Assembly: GCA_963707025.1 (NCBI GenBank)
Contig: CAVPOM010000006.1
Coordinates: 480,001 to 544,000 of the forward strand
Source: an uncultured Verrucomicrobiae bacterium
GTDB lineage: Bacteria; Verrucomicrobiota; Verrucomicrobiia; Limisphaerales; Palsa-1400
Direction of reading: 5' to 3'
DNA: 64,000 bases
Numbering within the stretch: the stretch's first letter is position 1; each line of letters starts with the position of its first letter. Shown here piece after piece: positions 51,773 through 59,817 of the stretch. The notes under the pieces were generated by a model. The model was not told where the DNA came from, searched no databases, and was given only the letters and a program-made list of their open reading frames with translations. Both the position numbers and the translations under genes were made by a program.

Positions 51773-51799
51773 TAAAGGAATCGGCGTGGCCGCCGATAG
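51773..51799 (+). promoter_or_regulatory. Sigma28 (FliA) promoter, divergent
   Basis: Plus strand TAAA-N15-GCCGATAG. Confidence 0.72.
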
Positions 51800-51810
51800 C
51801 TTGACTACAG

Positions 51811-52029
51811 ATGGATTCCACCGCCCAGATCCCAGGCAGTCCGCCCCCGCCCCAGGGGGTCCCGCCGCCATTGGGCCGGGCCGGAGTGGAAGGCAAGGTT
51901 GAAGAGGCGGCCGGCGAAGGAGGCGCGCGACCGCCCGCTCCAATGGCCGTCCCGCGCAGTCCGGTTCTTTACCTGATGAGCTTGCGCTCGGGTCGCCGTC
52001 CGCGCCAGGAAAAGCCAAAGGAACAGTGA
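51811..52029 (+). CDS. Small Pro-rich hypothetical protein downstream of a sigma28 promoter
   Basis: ATG 11 nt after the -10 box; 72 aa. Confidence 0.4.
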   Translation: MDSTAQIPGSPPPPQGVPPPLGRAGVEGKVEEAAGEGGARPPAPMAVPRSPVLYLMSLRSGRRPRQEKPKEQ

Positions 52030-52039
52030 ATTTTGAAAT

Positions 52040-52119
52040 GCCGGTCTTTTCCCGATACGAGTCAATTTGTTTTAGCACGTCGGCCCAAAAAAATCCGATT
52101 GGCGGGCTTCCCGGATCAT
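52040..52119 (-). pseudogene. Truncated ParE-like toxin
   Basis: ATGA overlap with the antitoxin stop; reads MIREARQSDFF|WADVLKQIDSYREKTG across a T7 frameshift, then similarity ends. Confidence 0.5.
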
Positions 52120-52367
52120 GCAGTCACAGACCCTCGGGCGCGGGAGCGAAGTTGATTAAAATGTTTCGCGGTGAGAGGCCGATGCGGACCTGGCACGGCG
52201 GCGAGCAGCAATTCCGCCAATTCCTGGCTGTCAACGACGGCGGGATCATCTTTGGCTTTTAAATCGCGCAAGGCTTCCCGCACCACTTCGCCCGCATCGG
52301 CGTAGCCGGCATTCTCAACCTTTTCGGCAATGAATGCTTCCAGTTCTTTGTGCAGCGTCACCTGCAT
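52116..52367 (-). CDS. ParD-like ribbon-helix-helix antitoxin
   Basis: MQVTL..ELEAFIAEKV...GYADAGEVVREALR. Confidence 0.85.
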   Translation of the reverse strand: MQVTLHKELEAFIAEKVENAGYADAGEVVREALRDLKAKDDPAVVDSQELAELLLAAVPGPHRPLTAKHFNQLRSRARGSVTA

Positions 52368-52474
52368 GAACTTATTGTTGCCCAGGGTTCGCCTGCTGCC
52401 AATCCGGCTTAACCTCGCGATTCTGGAAAAAAAGGGTTGACCGGGAGGCGCTGTTGGGGTATCTGTTGGGCGTG

Positions 52475-52543
52475 ATGATGAATTTGAGCCTTCGACTGTC
52501 GCTTGGCGCGCTGCTAATCAGCCGCGCGGCGGTTGAGGTTTGA
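52475..52543 (+). CDS. Leucine attenuator leader peptide
   Basis: MMNLSLRLSLGALLISRAAVEV with six Leu codons (TTG, CTT, CTG, CTT, CTG, CTA). Confidence 0.8.
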   Translation: MMNLSLRLSLGALLISRAAVEV

Positions 52544-52562
52544 ATTGGCCGAGTGATTTTTT

Positions 52563-52599
52563 AAACCCCATCGCCCCTGGCAGGCGATGGGGTTTTTTT
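52563..52599 (+). terminator. Attenuator terminator hairpin
   Basis: AAACCCCATCGCC-7nt-GGCGATGGGGTTT followed by a T run. Confidence 0.9.
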
Positions 52600-52700
52600 G
52601 TTGCCGGGCGGGACGGCGGGGAAAGCGGGCGCGCCAGCAGCCTGGGACGGACCGGGCGGGCGGGCTGGGAAAGAAGCAGAACAAGATGAGGAGCAAGAAT

Positions 52701-54236
52701 ATGAAGAAGAACCGAATTATTATATTTGACACGACGTTGCGCGACGGGGAGCAGTGCCCCGGCGCTTCCATGAACTTGCGGGAGAAACTGGAGATCGCCC
52801 GGCAGTTGGCCCGGCTGAAGGTGGATGTGATCGAAGCGGGATTTCCGGTGATCAGCGACGGGGATTTTTTGTCGGTGCGGACGATTGCGCGGGAGGTGAA
52901 GGGGCCGGTGATTTGCGGGCTGGCGCGGTGCCTGGCGCAGGACATTGATGCGGCGGGGGAGGCGGTCAAACCGGCGGGGCGGCGGGGGCGCATTCATGTG
53001 TTTTTGGCGACGTCGAAGATTCACCGGGAGTTTAAGCTGGGCAAGGCGCAGCATGAGATTTTGCGCCTGGCGGTGGAGGGGGTGAAGCGGGCGAAGACTT
53101 TGGTGGACGACGTGGAGTTTTCGCCGGAGGACGCCTCGCGGACGGAGCCGGAGTTTTTGGTCGAGGTGAGCAAAGCGGTGGTGGCGGCGGGGGCCAGGAC
53201 GGTCAACTTTCCGGACACGGTGGGCTGGGCGGTGCCGGAGCAGTATGGGGCGTTGATCGGGCATCTGTGCGAGGCGGTGCCGGAATTCCGATCGGGGGCG
53301 GCCATGGTCAGCGTGCATTGTCATAATGATTTGGGTTTGGCGGTGGCCAATTCGCTGGCGGCGGTGGGGCAGGGGGCGCGCCAGGTGGAATGCACGGTCA
53401 ACGGCATCGGCGAGCGGGCGGGCAACGCGGCGCTGGAGGAGATCGTCATGGCGCTCAAGACGCGGGGGGACTTTTACGGGGGGTTTGAATGCGGGTTGCA
53501 GGCCAGGGAGATCGTGAAAAGTTCGCGCCTGGTGGCGCGGATGAGCGGGTTGGCGGTGCAGCGGAGCAAGGCTATTGTGGGGGAGAACGCCTTCGCGCAT
53601 TCGGCCGGGATTCATCAGGACGGGATTCTGAAGAAGCGGGAGACTTACGAGATCATGGACCCGGTGGCGGTGGGCTGGGGGGGGACGGAGATGCCGCTGA
53701 CCAAGCACAGCGGGCGGGCGGCGGTTTCGGCGCGCCTGCGGCATCTGGGCTTCAAGATGAGGGAGGGGGAAGTGGAGGCCATCTTCGCCCGCTTCAAGGA
53801 GATAGGAGACAAGAAGAAATTTGTTTATGACGACGATTTGGCGGCGCTGGTGGAAGGGCAGATCACCGAGGTGCCGGAAACCTGGTCGCTGGACTATTTG
53901 AGCGTGACGAGCGGCAACCGCATGGTGCCGACGGCGACGGTGCGCCTGCAAAAACTGGCCGGCAAAAAGGAGTCGGCGCAGGACGCGGGGATCGGCGACG
54001 GACCGGTGGACGCGGCGCTCAAGGCGATAGACCGGCTGACCGGCCGGCCGGGCAAGCTGATGGATTATGCCTTGCGGGCGGTTTCGCAGGGCAAGGACGC
54101 GCTGGGGGAGGTGACGGTGAAGGTGGACTTTGGCGGGGGGAGAATGGTCGCGGGCAAGGGGGCGAGCACGGATGTGATCGAAGCCAGCGCGCGGGCCTAT
54201 TTGAACGCGGTGAACCGGTCGCTGGGAGAAAAGTGA
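52701..54236 (+). CDS. leuA: 2-isopropylmalate synthase
   Basis: [37 protein letters not shown] regulatory domain. Confidence 0.97.
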   Translation: MKKNRIIIFDTTLRDGEQCPGASMNLREKLEIARQLARLKVDVIEAGFPVISDGDFLSVRTIAREVKGPVICGLARCLAQDIDAAGEAVKPAGRRGRIHVFLATSKIHREFKLGKAQHEILRLAVEGVKRAKTLVDDVEFSPEDASRTEPEFLVEVSKAVVAAGARTVNFPDTVGWAVPEQYGALIGHLCEAVPEFRSGAAMVSVHCHNDLGLAVANSLAAVGQGARQVECTVNGIGERAGNAALEEIVMALKTRGDFYGGFECGLQAREIVKSSRLVARMSGLAVQRSKAIVGENAFAHSAGIHQDGILKKRETYEIMDPVAVGWGGTEMPLTKHSGRAAVSARLRHLGFKMREGEVEAIFARFKEIGDKKKFVYDDDLAALVEGQITEVPETWSLDYLSVTSGNRMVPTATVRLQKLAGKKESAQDAGIGDGPVDAALKAIDRLTGRPGKLMDYALRAVSQGKDALGEVTVKVDFGGGRMVAGKGASTDVIEASARAYLNAVNRSLGEK

Positions 54237-54239
54237 ATG

Positions 54240-54354
54240 GAAACCTCTGCAAAACCTGCTCCCACGACTGTAGCGGCGGTCTATGACCGCCGCAAAACTG
54301 GGCAAATCGGGCGGCGGTCATAGACCGCCGCTACAGAAGTTTTGTGGAGGTTTC
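54240..54354. mobile_element. MITE-like element enclosing a REPIN
   Basis: Outer IR GAAACCTCTGCAAAAC / revcomp GAAACCTCCACAAAAC (14/16); inner inverted pair GTAGCGGCGGTCTATGACCGCCGC. Confidence 0.65.
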
Positions 54355-54386
54355 AAACAGTGAATTTGAATCGCGAATGGTGAATC

Positions 54387-55472
54387 ATGAACGGAGCAAA
54401 AAAAACGCGGGTCATCGTCGGGATGAGCGGCGGGGTGGATTCCTCGGCGGCGGCGGCGCTGCTGCTGGAGCAGGGCTATGAGGTGGTGGGGATCACCCTC
54501 AAGCTCTGGCCGCAGGATTGTGTTTCGCGGGCGGAGGACAAGTGCTGCGGGCCGCAGGCGGTGACCGACGCGCGCAGTGTCTGCCACCAGTTGGGGATTC
54601 CGTATTACCTGATTGACGAGGCGGAGGCGTTTCAAAAGCAGGTGATCGGCTATTTTGCCGAGGAATACAAGGCGGGGCGGACGCCCAATCCCTGCGTGCT
54701 GTGCAATGAGAAGCTCAAGTTCGGCGCGCTGCTGGATCGGGCGCGCCAGTTGGGCGGGGATTTTATTGCGACCGGGCATTTTGCGCGGGTGGAGAAAAGC
54801 GCGGACGGGCGGCGAACGCTTTTGAAAAAAGGCCGGGACCCGCGCAAGGACCAGAGTTATTTTCTTTTTTCACTGCGGCAGCATCAACTGGCGCGGTCGC
54901 TCTTTCCGCTGGGGGAAAAAACCAAGCAGGACACCCGCCAGGTGGCGCGGGAGTGCCGGTTGAAAACGGCGGACAAGGAGGAGAGCATGGAAATTTGTTT
55001 CGTGCCGGACAAGGACTACGGGAAGTTCCTGGAAGCCGCCAAACTGGCGCAGCGGCACCGGGGTGAGATTGTCAACCTGCAAGGCCAGGTGCTGGGACAC
55101 CACGACGGAATCGAGTTTTACACCATCGGCCAGCGCAAGGGGCTGGGGCTGTCGTCGCCGAAACCGCTTTATGTGATCGAGCTGGATAGTGTCAACAACC
55201 GGGTGGTGGTGGGGGACGATGGGGCGCTGGACCGGGAGGAATTTACGGTGGAGCGATGCAACTGGATCCCGTTCGACGAGCCGCCGGAAGAGATGCGGGT
55301 GTCGGCCAAAATCCGGTACAATCATCCGGGCACGCCGGCCGTGGTCAGGCCGCAGCCGGGCGGGGGCGCGCAGGTGAAGCTGCTGACGGCCCAACGCGCC
55401 ATCACGCCTGGCCAGGCGTGTGTCTTTTACGACGGCGATTTGGTGGTCGGCGGCGGGTGGATCGTGGGGTGA
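54387..55472 (+). CDS. mnmA: tRNA 2-thiouridylase MnmA
   Basis: MSGGVDSS, TPNPCVLCN, ATGH, KDQSYFL, YTIGQRKGL, TPGQ. Confidence 0.97.
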   Translation: MNGAKKTRVIVGMSGGVDSSAAAALLLEQGYEVVGITLKLWPQDCVSRAEDKCCGPQAVTDARSVCHQLGIPYYLIDEAEAFQKQVIGYFAEEYKAGRTPNPCVLCNEKLKFGALLDRARQLGGDFIATGHFARVEKSADGRRTLLKKGRDPRKDQSYFLFSLRQHQLARSLFPLGEKTKQDTRQVARECRLKTADKEESMEICFVPDKDYGKFLEAAKLAQRHRGEIVNLQGQVLGHHDGIEFYTIGQRKGLGLSSPKPLYVIELDSVNNRVVVGDDGALDREEFTVERCNWIPFDEPPEEMRVSAKIRYNHPGTPAVVRPQPGGGAQVKLLTAQRAITPGQACVFYDGDLVVGGGWIVG

Positions 55473-55507
55473 AATGCAGAATGCAGAATGCAAAATGAAG
55501 AATGGAA
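55473..55507 (+). repeat. Heptamer array (AATGCAG)n
   Basis: Five degenerate units right after the mnmA stop; shorter copies near 27549-27564 and 35283-35298. Confidence 0.8.
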
Positions 55508-55591
55508 CAGGGAAGCGGAGGACGACATTGTTGACGCGGATATTGCCATGTCAGTTGCCATTTGCCAGAGCGATATGGCATGGTTGATTCC

Positions 55592-55873
55592 ATGAGAGAA
55601 AACACAGTGCAAATTGATCGAACTGGCCGCGTGGTTCTTCCAAAACTGGTTCGTGACCGGCTTCAACTGCGCGGCGGCGACACTCTGGCAATTGCCGTGC
55701 GCCGAGATACAATCGAATTGCGTCCGACAAGTGCGACTGGACAGTTAAAGCGGGTCAACGGAGTGCTGGTATTCACCGGTCCGGTTCCGTTTGCAAGCGG
55801 CGAGGATTTTGTCGCCCAAGCCCGCGACGAGCGAATTGACGACCTGCTGCGCGAAGCGAAGGCGGGGCGATGA
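55592..55873 (+). CDS. AbrB/MazE/SpoVT-type antitoxin
   Basis: IDRTGRVVLPKLVRDRLQLRGGD. Confidence 0.85.
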   Translation: MRENTVQIDRTGRVVLPKLVRDRLQLRGGDTLAIAVRRDTIELRPTSATGQLKRVNGVLVFTGPVPFASGEDFVAQARDERIDDLLREAKAGR

Positions 55874-55943
55874 AAATTTCAACGTGGCTCATTTCCAAAG
55901 CCTGGCAGACGATGACCTCCGCAAACGCATCGTGGCCCCCTAG
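55870..55943 (+). pseudogene. Internally deleted PIN/VapC toxin
   Basis: ATGAAAA (ATGA overlap) joined out of frame to FNVAHFQSLADDDLRKRIVAP-stop, a typical PIN C-terminus. Confidence 0.6.
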
Positions 55944-55993
55944 CAACGCGTTTGAGGTTCTGTCTTTTGGCGTTATTGCCATTGACATAATGC

Positions 55994-56176
55994 TCATTTC
56001 TGTTTGCGCTTGAGCTCTTCGAGTCGCTTTCTGAGTTCTTCCCTTAACGCGTTCAGAGGTTCAGGTGATTCGTCGTCATCGGCAAGGCCTCTGGCGGTTT
56101 TCTTGGGCGGCCTGGGCGGGCCTCCGGCGGATGAAGGTTGGGTTTTGGGTGTGTGTTTCTCGCTCGAATCGCTCAT
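55994..56176 (-). CDS. Small charged hypothetical protein
   Basis: 60 aa; Pro-rich segment followed by a coiled-coil-like tail. Confidence 0.4.
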   Translation of the reverse strand: MSDSSEKHTPKTQPSSAGGPPRPPKKTARGLADDDESPEPLNALREELRKRLEELKRKQK

Positions 56177-56320
56177 AAAGAATGATGGAAATCAGGATAC
56201 TGGGCGGCAAACCGGAATGCAAAATAACAAAGGCAACAACAGGTTGGTGTTTGTTCTGGGAAATTGGTTACGTTTGCGATTAGCATTCCGAGTGGTGGCT
56301 CAACCAGGTGAAATGCGCTG

Positions 56321-57319
56321 ATGGCCTTTCCTGACAATGTTTTCGCGCTCGCGCTGATCTGCGCCGGAGTGACGACGGCGGTTTCGGTGCCGTTCTGGCG
56401 GCGTTGGTGCCGGCGGGTCGGCGTGATGGATGACCCCGGGCAGCGCAAATTGCATGCCGCGCCCGTGCCGCTGGCCGGAGGATTGGCGGTGATGACCGGT
56501 CTGCTCGTGCCGCTGCTGGCCGGGGCGCTGCTGACGCTGGCGCGGGCCGGGCTGGGGCGGTCGCTGCTGGATGCCGGCACGGCCAGAATCTTCGCGCATG
56601 GCTTGGACAAGGAGGCGGTTCAAGTGGCCGCGATTTTTGCCGGGGCGCTCGGCATGCTGCTGATCGGTTTGTGGGACGACAAGTTTGAATTGCGGCCCGC
56701 GGTCAAATTCAGCGGCCAATTCCTGGTGGCGCTGGTCGTGGCGTGCGCCGGGGTCCGCATCACCTTGTTCGTTGCCAGCCTGTGGTTCCACTACGCCATC
56801 ACCATTTTGTGGATCTTGACGGTGGTCAACGCCTTCAATTTCATGGACAACATGAACGGACTTTGCAGCGGGCTGGGAGTGATCGGGGGGTGGTGCTTCG
56901 GGATCATTTCCGCCAGCCAGGGCCAGTTCCTGGTGGCCACGACCTGCTTTCTCATCACGGGGGCGCTGGCCGGATTTGTCCCGTTCAATTTCCCCAAGGC
57001 CAGCGCTTTCCTGGGCGACGCGGGCAGCCATTTGACGGGCTACCTGATGGCGGTGCTGGCGGTCCTGCCCCATTTCTACACGGTGAAACATCCGCAAAAG
57101 TGGGCGGTCTTGACGCCGTTGCTGGTGCTGGCGGTTCCGCTGGGCGACCTGGCGTGGGTGGTTTTGCTGCGCTGGAAAATGGGCCGGCCCTTTTATGTCG
57201 GCGACACCAACCACTTGTCCCATCGCCTGACGCGCCGGGGGTTGAGCCCGACGCGGGCGGTGCTGCTCATCTGGCTGCTGGCGGTGGCGCTGGGGGCGCT
57301 GGCGTTGCTTTGGCAGTGA
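56321..57319 (+). CDS. WecA/TagO/MraY-like glycosyltransferase family 4
   Basis: DDPGQRKLH, GLWDD, NAFNFMDNMNGL, FLGDAGS, HLSHRL. Confidence 0.92.
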   Translation: MAFPDNVFALALICAGVTTAVSVPFWRRWCRRVGVMDDPGQRKLHAAPVPLAGGLAVMTGLLVPLLAGALLTLARAGLGRSLLDAGTARIFAHGLDKEAVQVAAIFAGALGMLLIGLWDDKFELRPAVKFSGQFLVALVVACAGVRITLFVASLWFHYAITILWILTVVNAFNFMDNMNGLCSGLGVIGGWCFGIISASQGQFLVATTCFLITGALAGFVPFNFPKASAFLGDAGSHLTGYLMAVLAVLPHFYTVKHPQKWAVLTPLLVLAVPLGDLAWVVLLRWKMGRPFYVGDTNHLSHRLTRRGLSPTRAVLLIWLLAVALGALALLWQ

Positions 57320-59165
57320 TCTCGGTCGAGGAGGTCATCTTGGTGCCGGCGGAAATGGCCTCGGAGAGCACGGCCAGGCCCTCGGCCCGCGGCATGGAGC
57401 CGATGAGGCGGTCGTCCTCAAAATTATTGACGACAGGAATGTTGCGCTGTTCGCTGGCCAGGAGGAGCGGCAGGGCGTCGAGCAAGCTCTGCGCGGGCCG
57501 CAGGCGGGGCGGCAGGGGGCGCATCACATCCGCCGCGATGACGGCGCTGAGTTCCCGGCCGGCGCCCAGGTATTCCTTTAAATCCTGCAGGGCGACCACG
57601 CCCAGCAGGCGGCCCTGGGCGTCCACCACCGGGAGAAAATTATTGGGGCTGCCGAGAAAGCGGCCGGCGATCTCCGGCAGCGGGGTGTTCTCGCGCACGG
57701 GCGGCACGGGGGCGCGCATCAAATCCCCGACGGTCTGCTCGGTGGCCGCGCCCAGCCGCGAGCTTTCCACCTCCAGACTGCGCAAGCGCAACGGCTCGGT
57801 GTAAATGGAATTGGGATGAAGCCGGCGCGAGACGATGATGGAAATGGCGCAGCCGAGCATGAGCGCGGGCATGAGCGAATAATTGAGCGAGATTTCCAGG
57901 ATCATGACCAGGGCCAGCAACGGGGAGCGGGTGGTTGCGGCGAAAACGCTGCCCATGCCCACCAGGGCAAATATCCCCATCGGCAGATCGGCGGGGATGA
58001 GTCCGAAGTGCCGCAGCGCCACGCCGAGAATGCTCCCCAGCCCGGCGCCCAGGAATAAGGTCGGCGTGATCACCCCGCCCACCGCGCCCGAACCGACGGT
58101 GATGACGGTGGCCAGCAGTTTGGCCAGGAAAATTCCGACCAGGACCTGCTCGGTGGGACCCGGCGCAACGATGCTGGCATTGTCCAGCCGCTGGATAAGG
58201 CCGTTGGCGATGGTGTAGCCATTGCCCCAAACTTCCGGGAATTTCAGGGCCAGGACTCCCACGAGCAAGCCGCCCAGCGCCATGCGCATCGGCAAGGGCC
58301 CGGCCTTTTTGAAAAGGTCCTCGCTGCGGCGCAACAACTTGAGAAAAACCGCCCCCAACACTCCCGCCAGAAAGCCCAGCGCCAAAAACCACGGCAATTG
58401 CGCCATGCTGGTGAATTCGTAACTGGGCACCGCATACCAGAGCCGCACCCCGAAAAAACTGCGGGACAACATCGCCGCCACCACCGAGGAACAGAGCAGC
58501 GGCGCGAACAGGTTCATGGAAAAATTTCCCAGCACGATATGCGCGGCGAAAATGGCCCCGGTGATCGGGGCGTTGTAGGCTGCGGACATCCCGGCCGCCG
58601 CCCCGCAAGCGACCAGCAGGCGCAGGCGATAAGGCTGCCAGCGCGCCAGTTGTCCCCATTTCGAGGCCGCCGTGGCCGAGAGCTGGGTGATGCCCCCTTC
58701 GCGTCCGATGGAAGCCCCCGTGCTGATGCTGATGAGCGAAGAAATGGATCGGATCACGCCCACGCGAAACGGCAGCCGCCCATCGCCGGCCACGACCACT
58801 TCGAGCAAATTGGTCGTGCGGTATTTGCCGGCGAAACGAAACCCCCAAAACAAAACCAGCCCGGCGCCCAGCCCTCCGAGCGTCGGCACCAGGACGCGGG
58901 AGGTAGTGTTGAACGCCGCGAGCAAGGCGGTCAAATCGCGGCCCAGGTGCCTGGAGAAGAGGTCTTGCACGCCTTCGACCACCGAGTAAAAGAGAAGGTT
59001 GACCAAGCCGCCGAGAACTCCCACCCCGCCGGCCAGCAAGAGGTGGAAGGCCTCTTCGCTCAGGACCAGCTTCTGGCGCACCCGCAAAGCCTGCTGCCAG
59101 TGGCGGCGCAGGTAGGCCCGCACTGTGCCCAACAGGCTTTCCAATGTTTTTGGCCATGTGCCCAT
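57267..59165 (-). CDS. ClC-family chloride channel/transporter with CBS domains
   Basis: GASIGREG, AYNAP, GGVITP, and two CBS repeats. Confidence 0.92.
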   Translation of the reverse strand: MGTWPKTLESLLGTVRAYLRRHWQQALRVRQKLVLSEEAFHLLLAGGVGVLGGLVNLLFYSVVEGVQDLFSRHLGRDLTALLAAFNTTSRVLVPTLGGLGAGLVLFWGFRFAGKYRTTNLLEVVVAGDGRLPFRVGVIRSISSLISISTGASIGREGGITQLSATAASKWGQLARWQPYRLRLLVACGAAAGMSAAYNAPITGAIFAAHIVLGNFSMNLFAPLLCSSVVAAMLSRSFFGVRLWYAVPSYEFTSMAQLPWFLALGFLAGVLGAVFLKLLRRSEDLFKKAGPLPMRMALGGLLVGVLALKFPEVWGNGYTIANGLIQRLDNASIVAPGPTEQVLVGIFLAKLLATVITVGSGAVGGVITPTLFLGAGLGSILGVALRHFGLIPADLPMGIFALVGMGSVFAATTRSPLLALVMILEISLNYSLMPALMLGCAISIIVSRRLHPNSIYTEPLRLRSLEVESSRLGAATEQTVGDLMRAPVPPVRENTPLPEIAGRFLGSPNNFLPVVDAQGRLLGVVALQDLKEYLGAGRELSAVIAADVMRPLPPRLRPAQSLLDALPLLLASEQRNIPVVNNFEDDRLIGSMPRAEGLAVLSEAISAGTKMTSSTEITAKATPAPPAPPPAAR

Positions 59166-59208
59166 AGGCGTTTTCTTATTGGCCGCTCTGGCGGGCGTTG
59201 CTCACGCC

Positions 59209-59817
59209 TTACGATTGGATTTTCGCCGCCACTGCCCTGAACAGCCGGTCACAATGATGACACCGGGTTTTCGCCTTCTCCTGGCTCACGCGCTTTAACA
59301 GTTCGCTGGCATGTCTGATTTTGCCGTAGCTGCCCTTTTGCGTCTGTTGTGTTGCTGCTTCCAACGCCGCGTAGATTTGCGGTTTCGGCTCTTCCTCCAA
59401 ATTGGTTCTTCGCGGCAAGGCCTTCGCATTAAATCCCTGATCGTAATACTCCCCCAGCGCCTCGGGGTCGGCCACCAGCCAGGTTTCCATGCACTGCGCC
59501 ATCAGATGCACTTGCTCTTCCTGCGCGCCCTGGAGATTCCATCCATCGCGCTGCTCAAGGTGAGCGCGAGGCAAGCCTTCCACCTTATCCTCCGAGTCCA
59601 CCAGAAGGACATTGCACTTTCCGGGTTCTTTTTCGAGGGCATCGGTAAAAGCAGCACGCGCCTGGTCGCGTCCTCCGCAAGAGGTGATTGACCAGCGGCA
59701 GCGTCGTCGCCGGGCCAAGTCCACCAGGGGTTTGAGAAAGGCGGACATCCCCTGGCGGAGGGCGGCCTTGGTTTCCGCAGAATTGCCGCCGCCCTCGAAA
59801 TAGATGGAAATTTCCAT
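59209..59817 (-). CDS. DUF4276-like TOPRIM-fold protein (copy 2)
   Basis: IYFEGGG, CGGR, LLVDSED, CMETWLVAD, YGKIRHA; TGATG overlap with the ATPase. Confidence 0.8.
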   Translation of the reverse strand: MEISIYFEGGGNSAETKAALRQGMSAFLKPLVDLARRRRCRWSITSCGGRDQARAAFTDALEKEPGKCNVLLVDSEDKVEGLPRAHLEQRDGWNLQGAQEEQVHLMAQCMETWLVADPEALGEYYDQGFNAKALPRRTNLEEEPKPQIYAALEAATQQTQKGSYGKIRHASELLKRVSQEKAKTRCHHCDRLFRAVAAKIQS

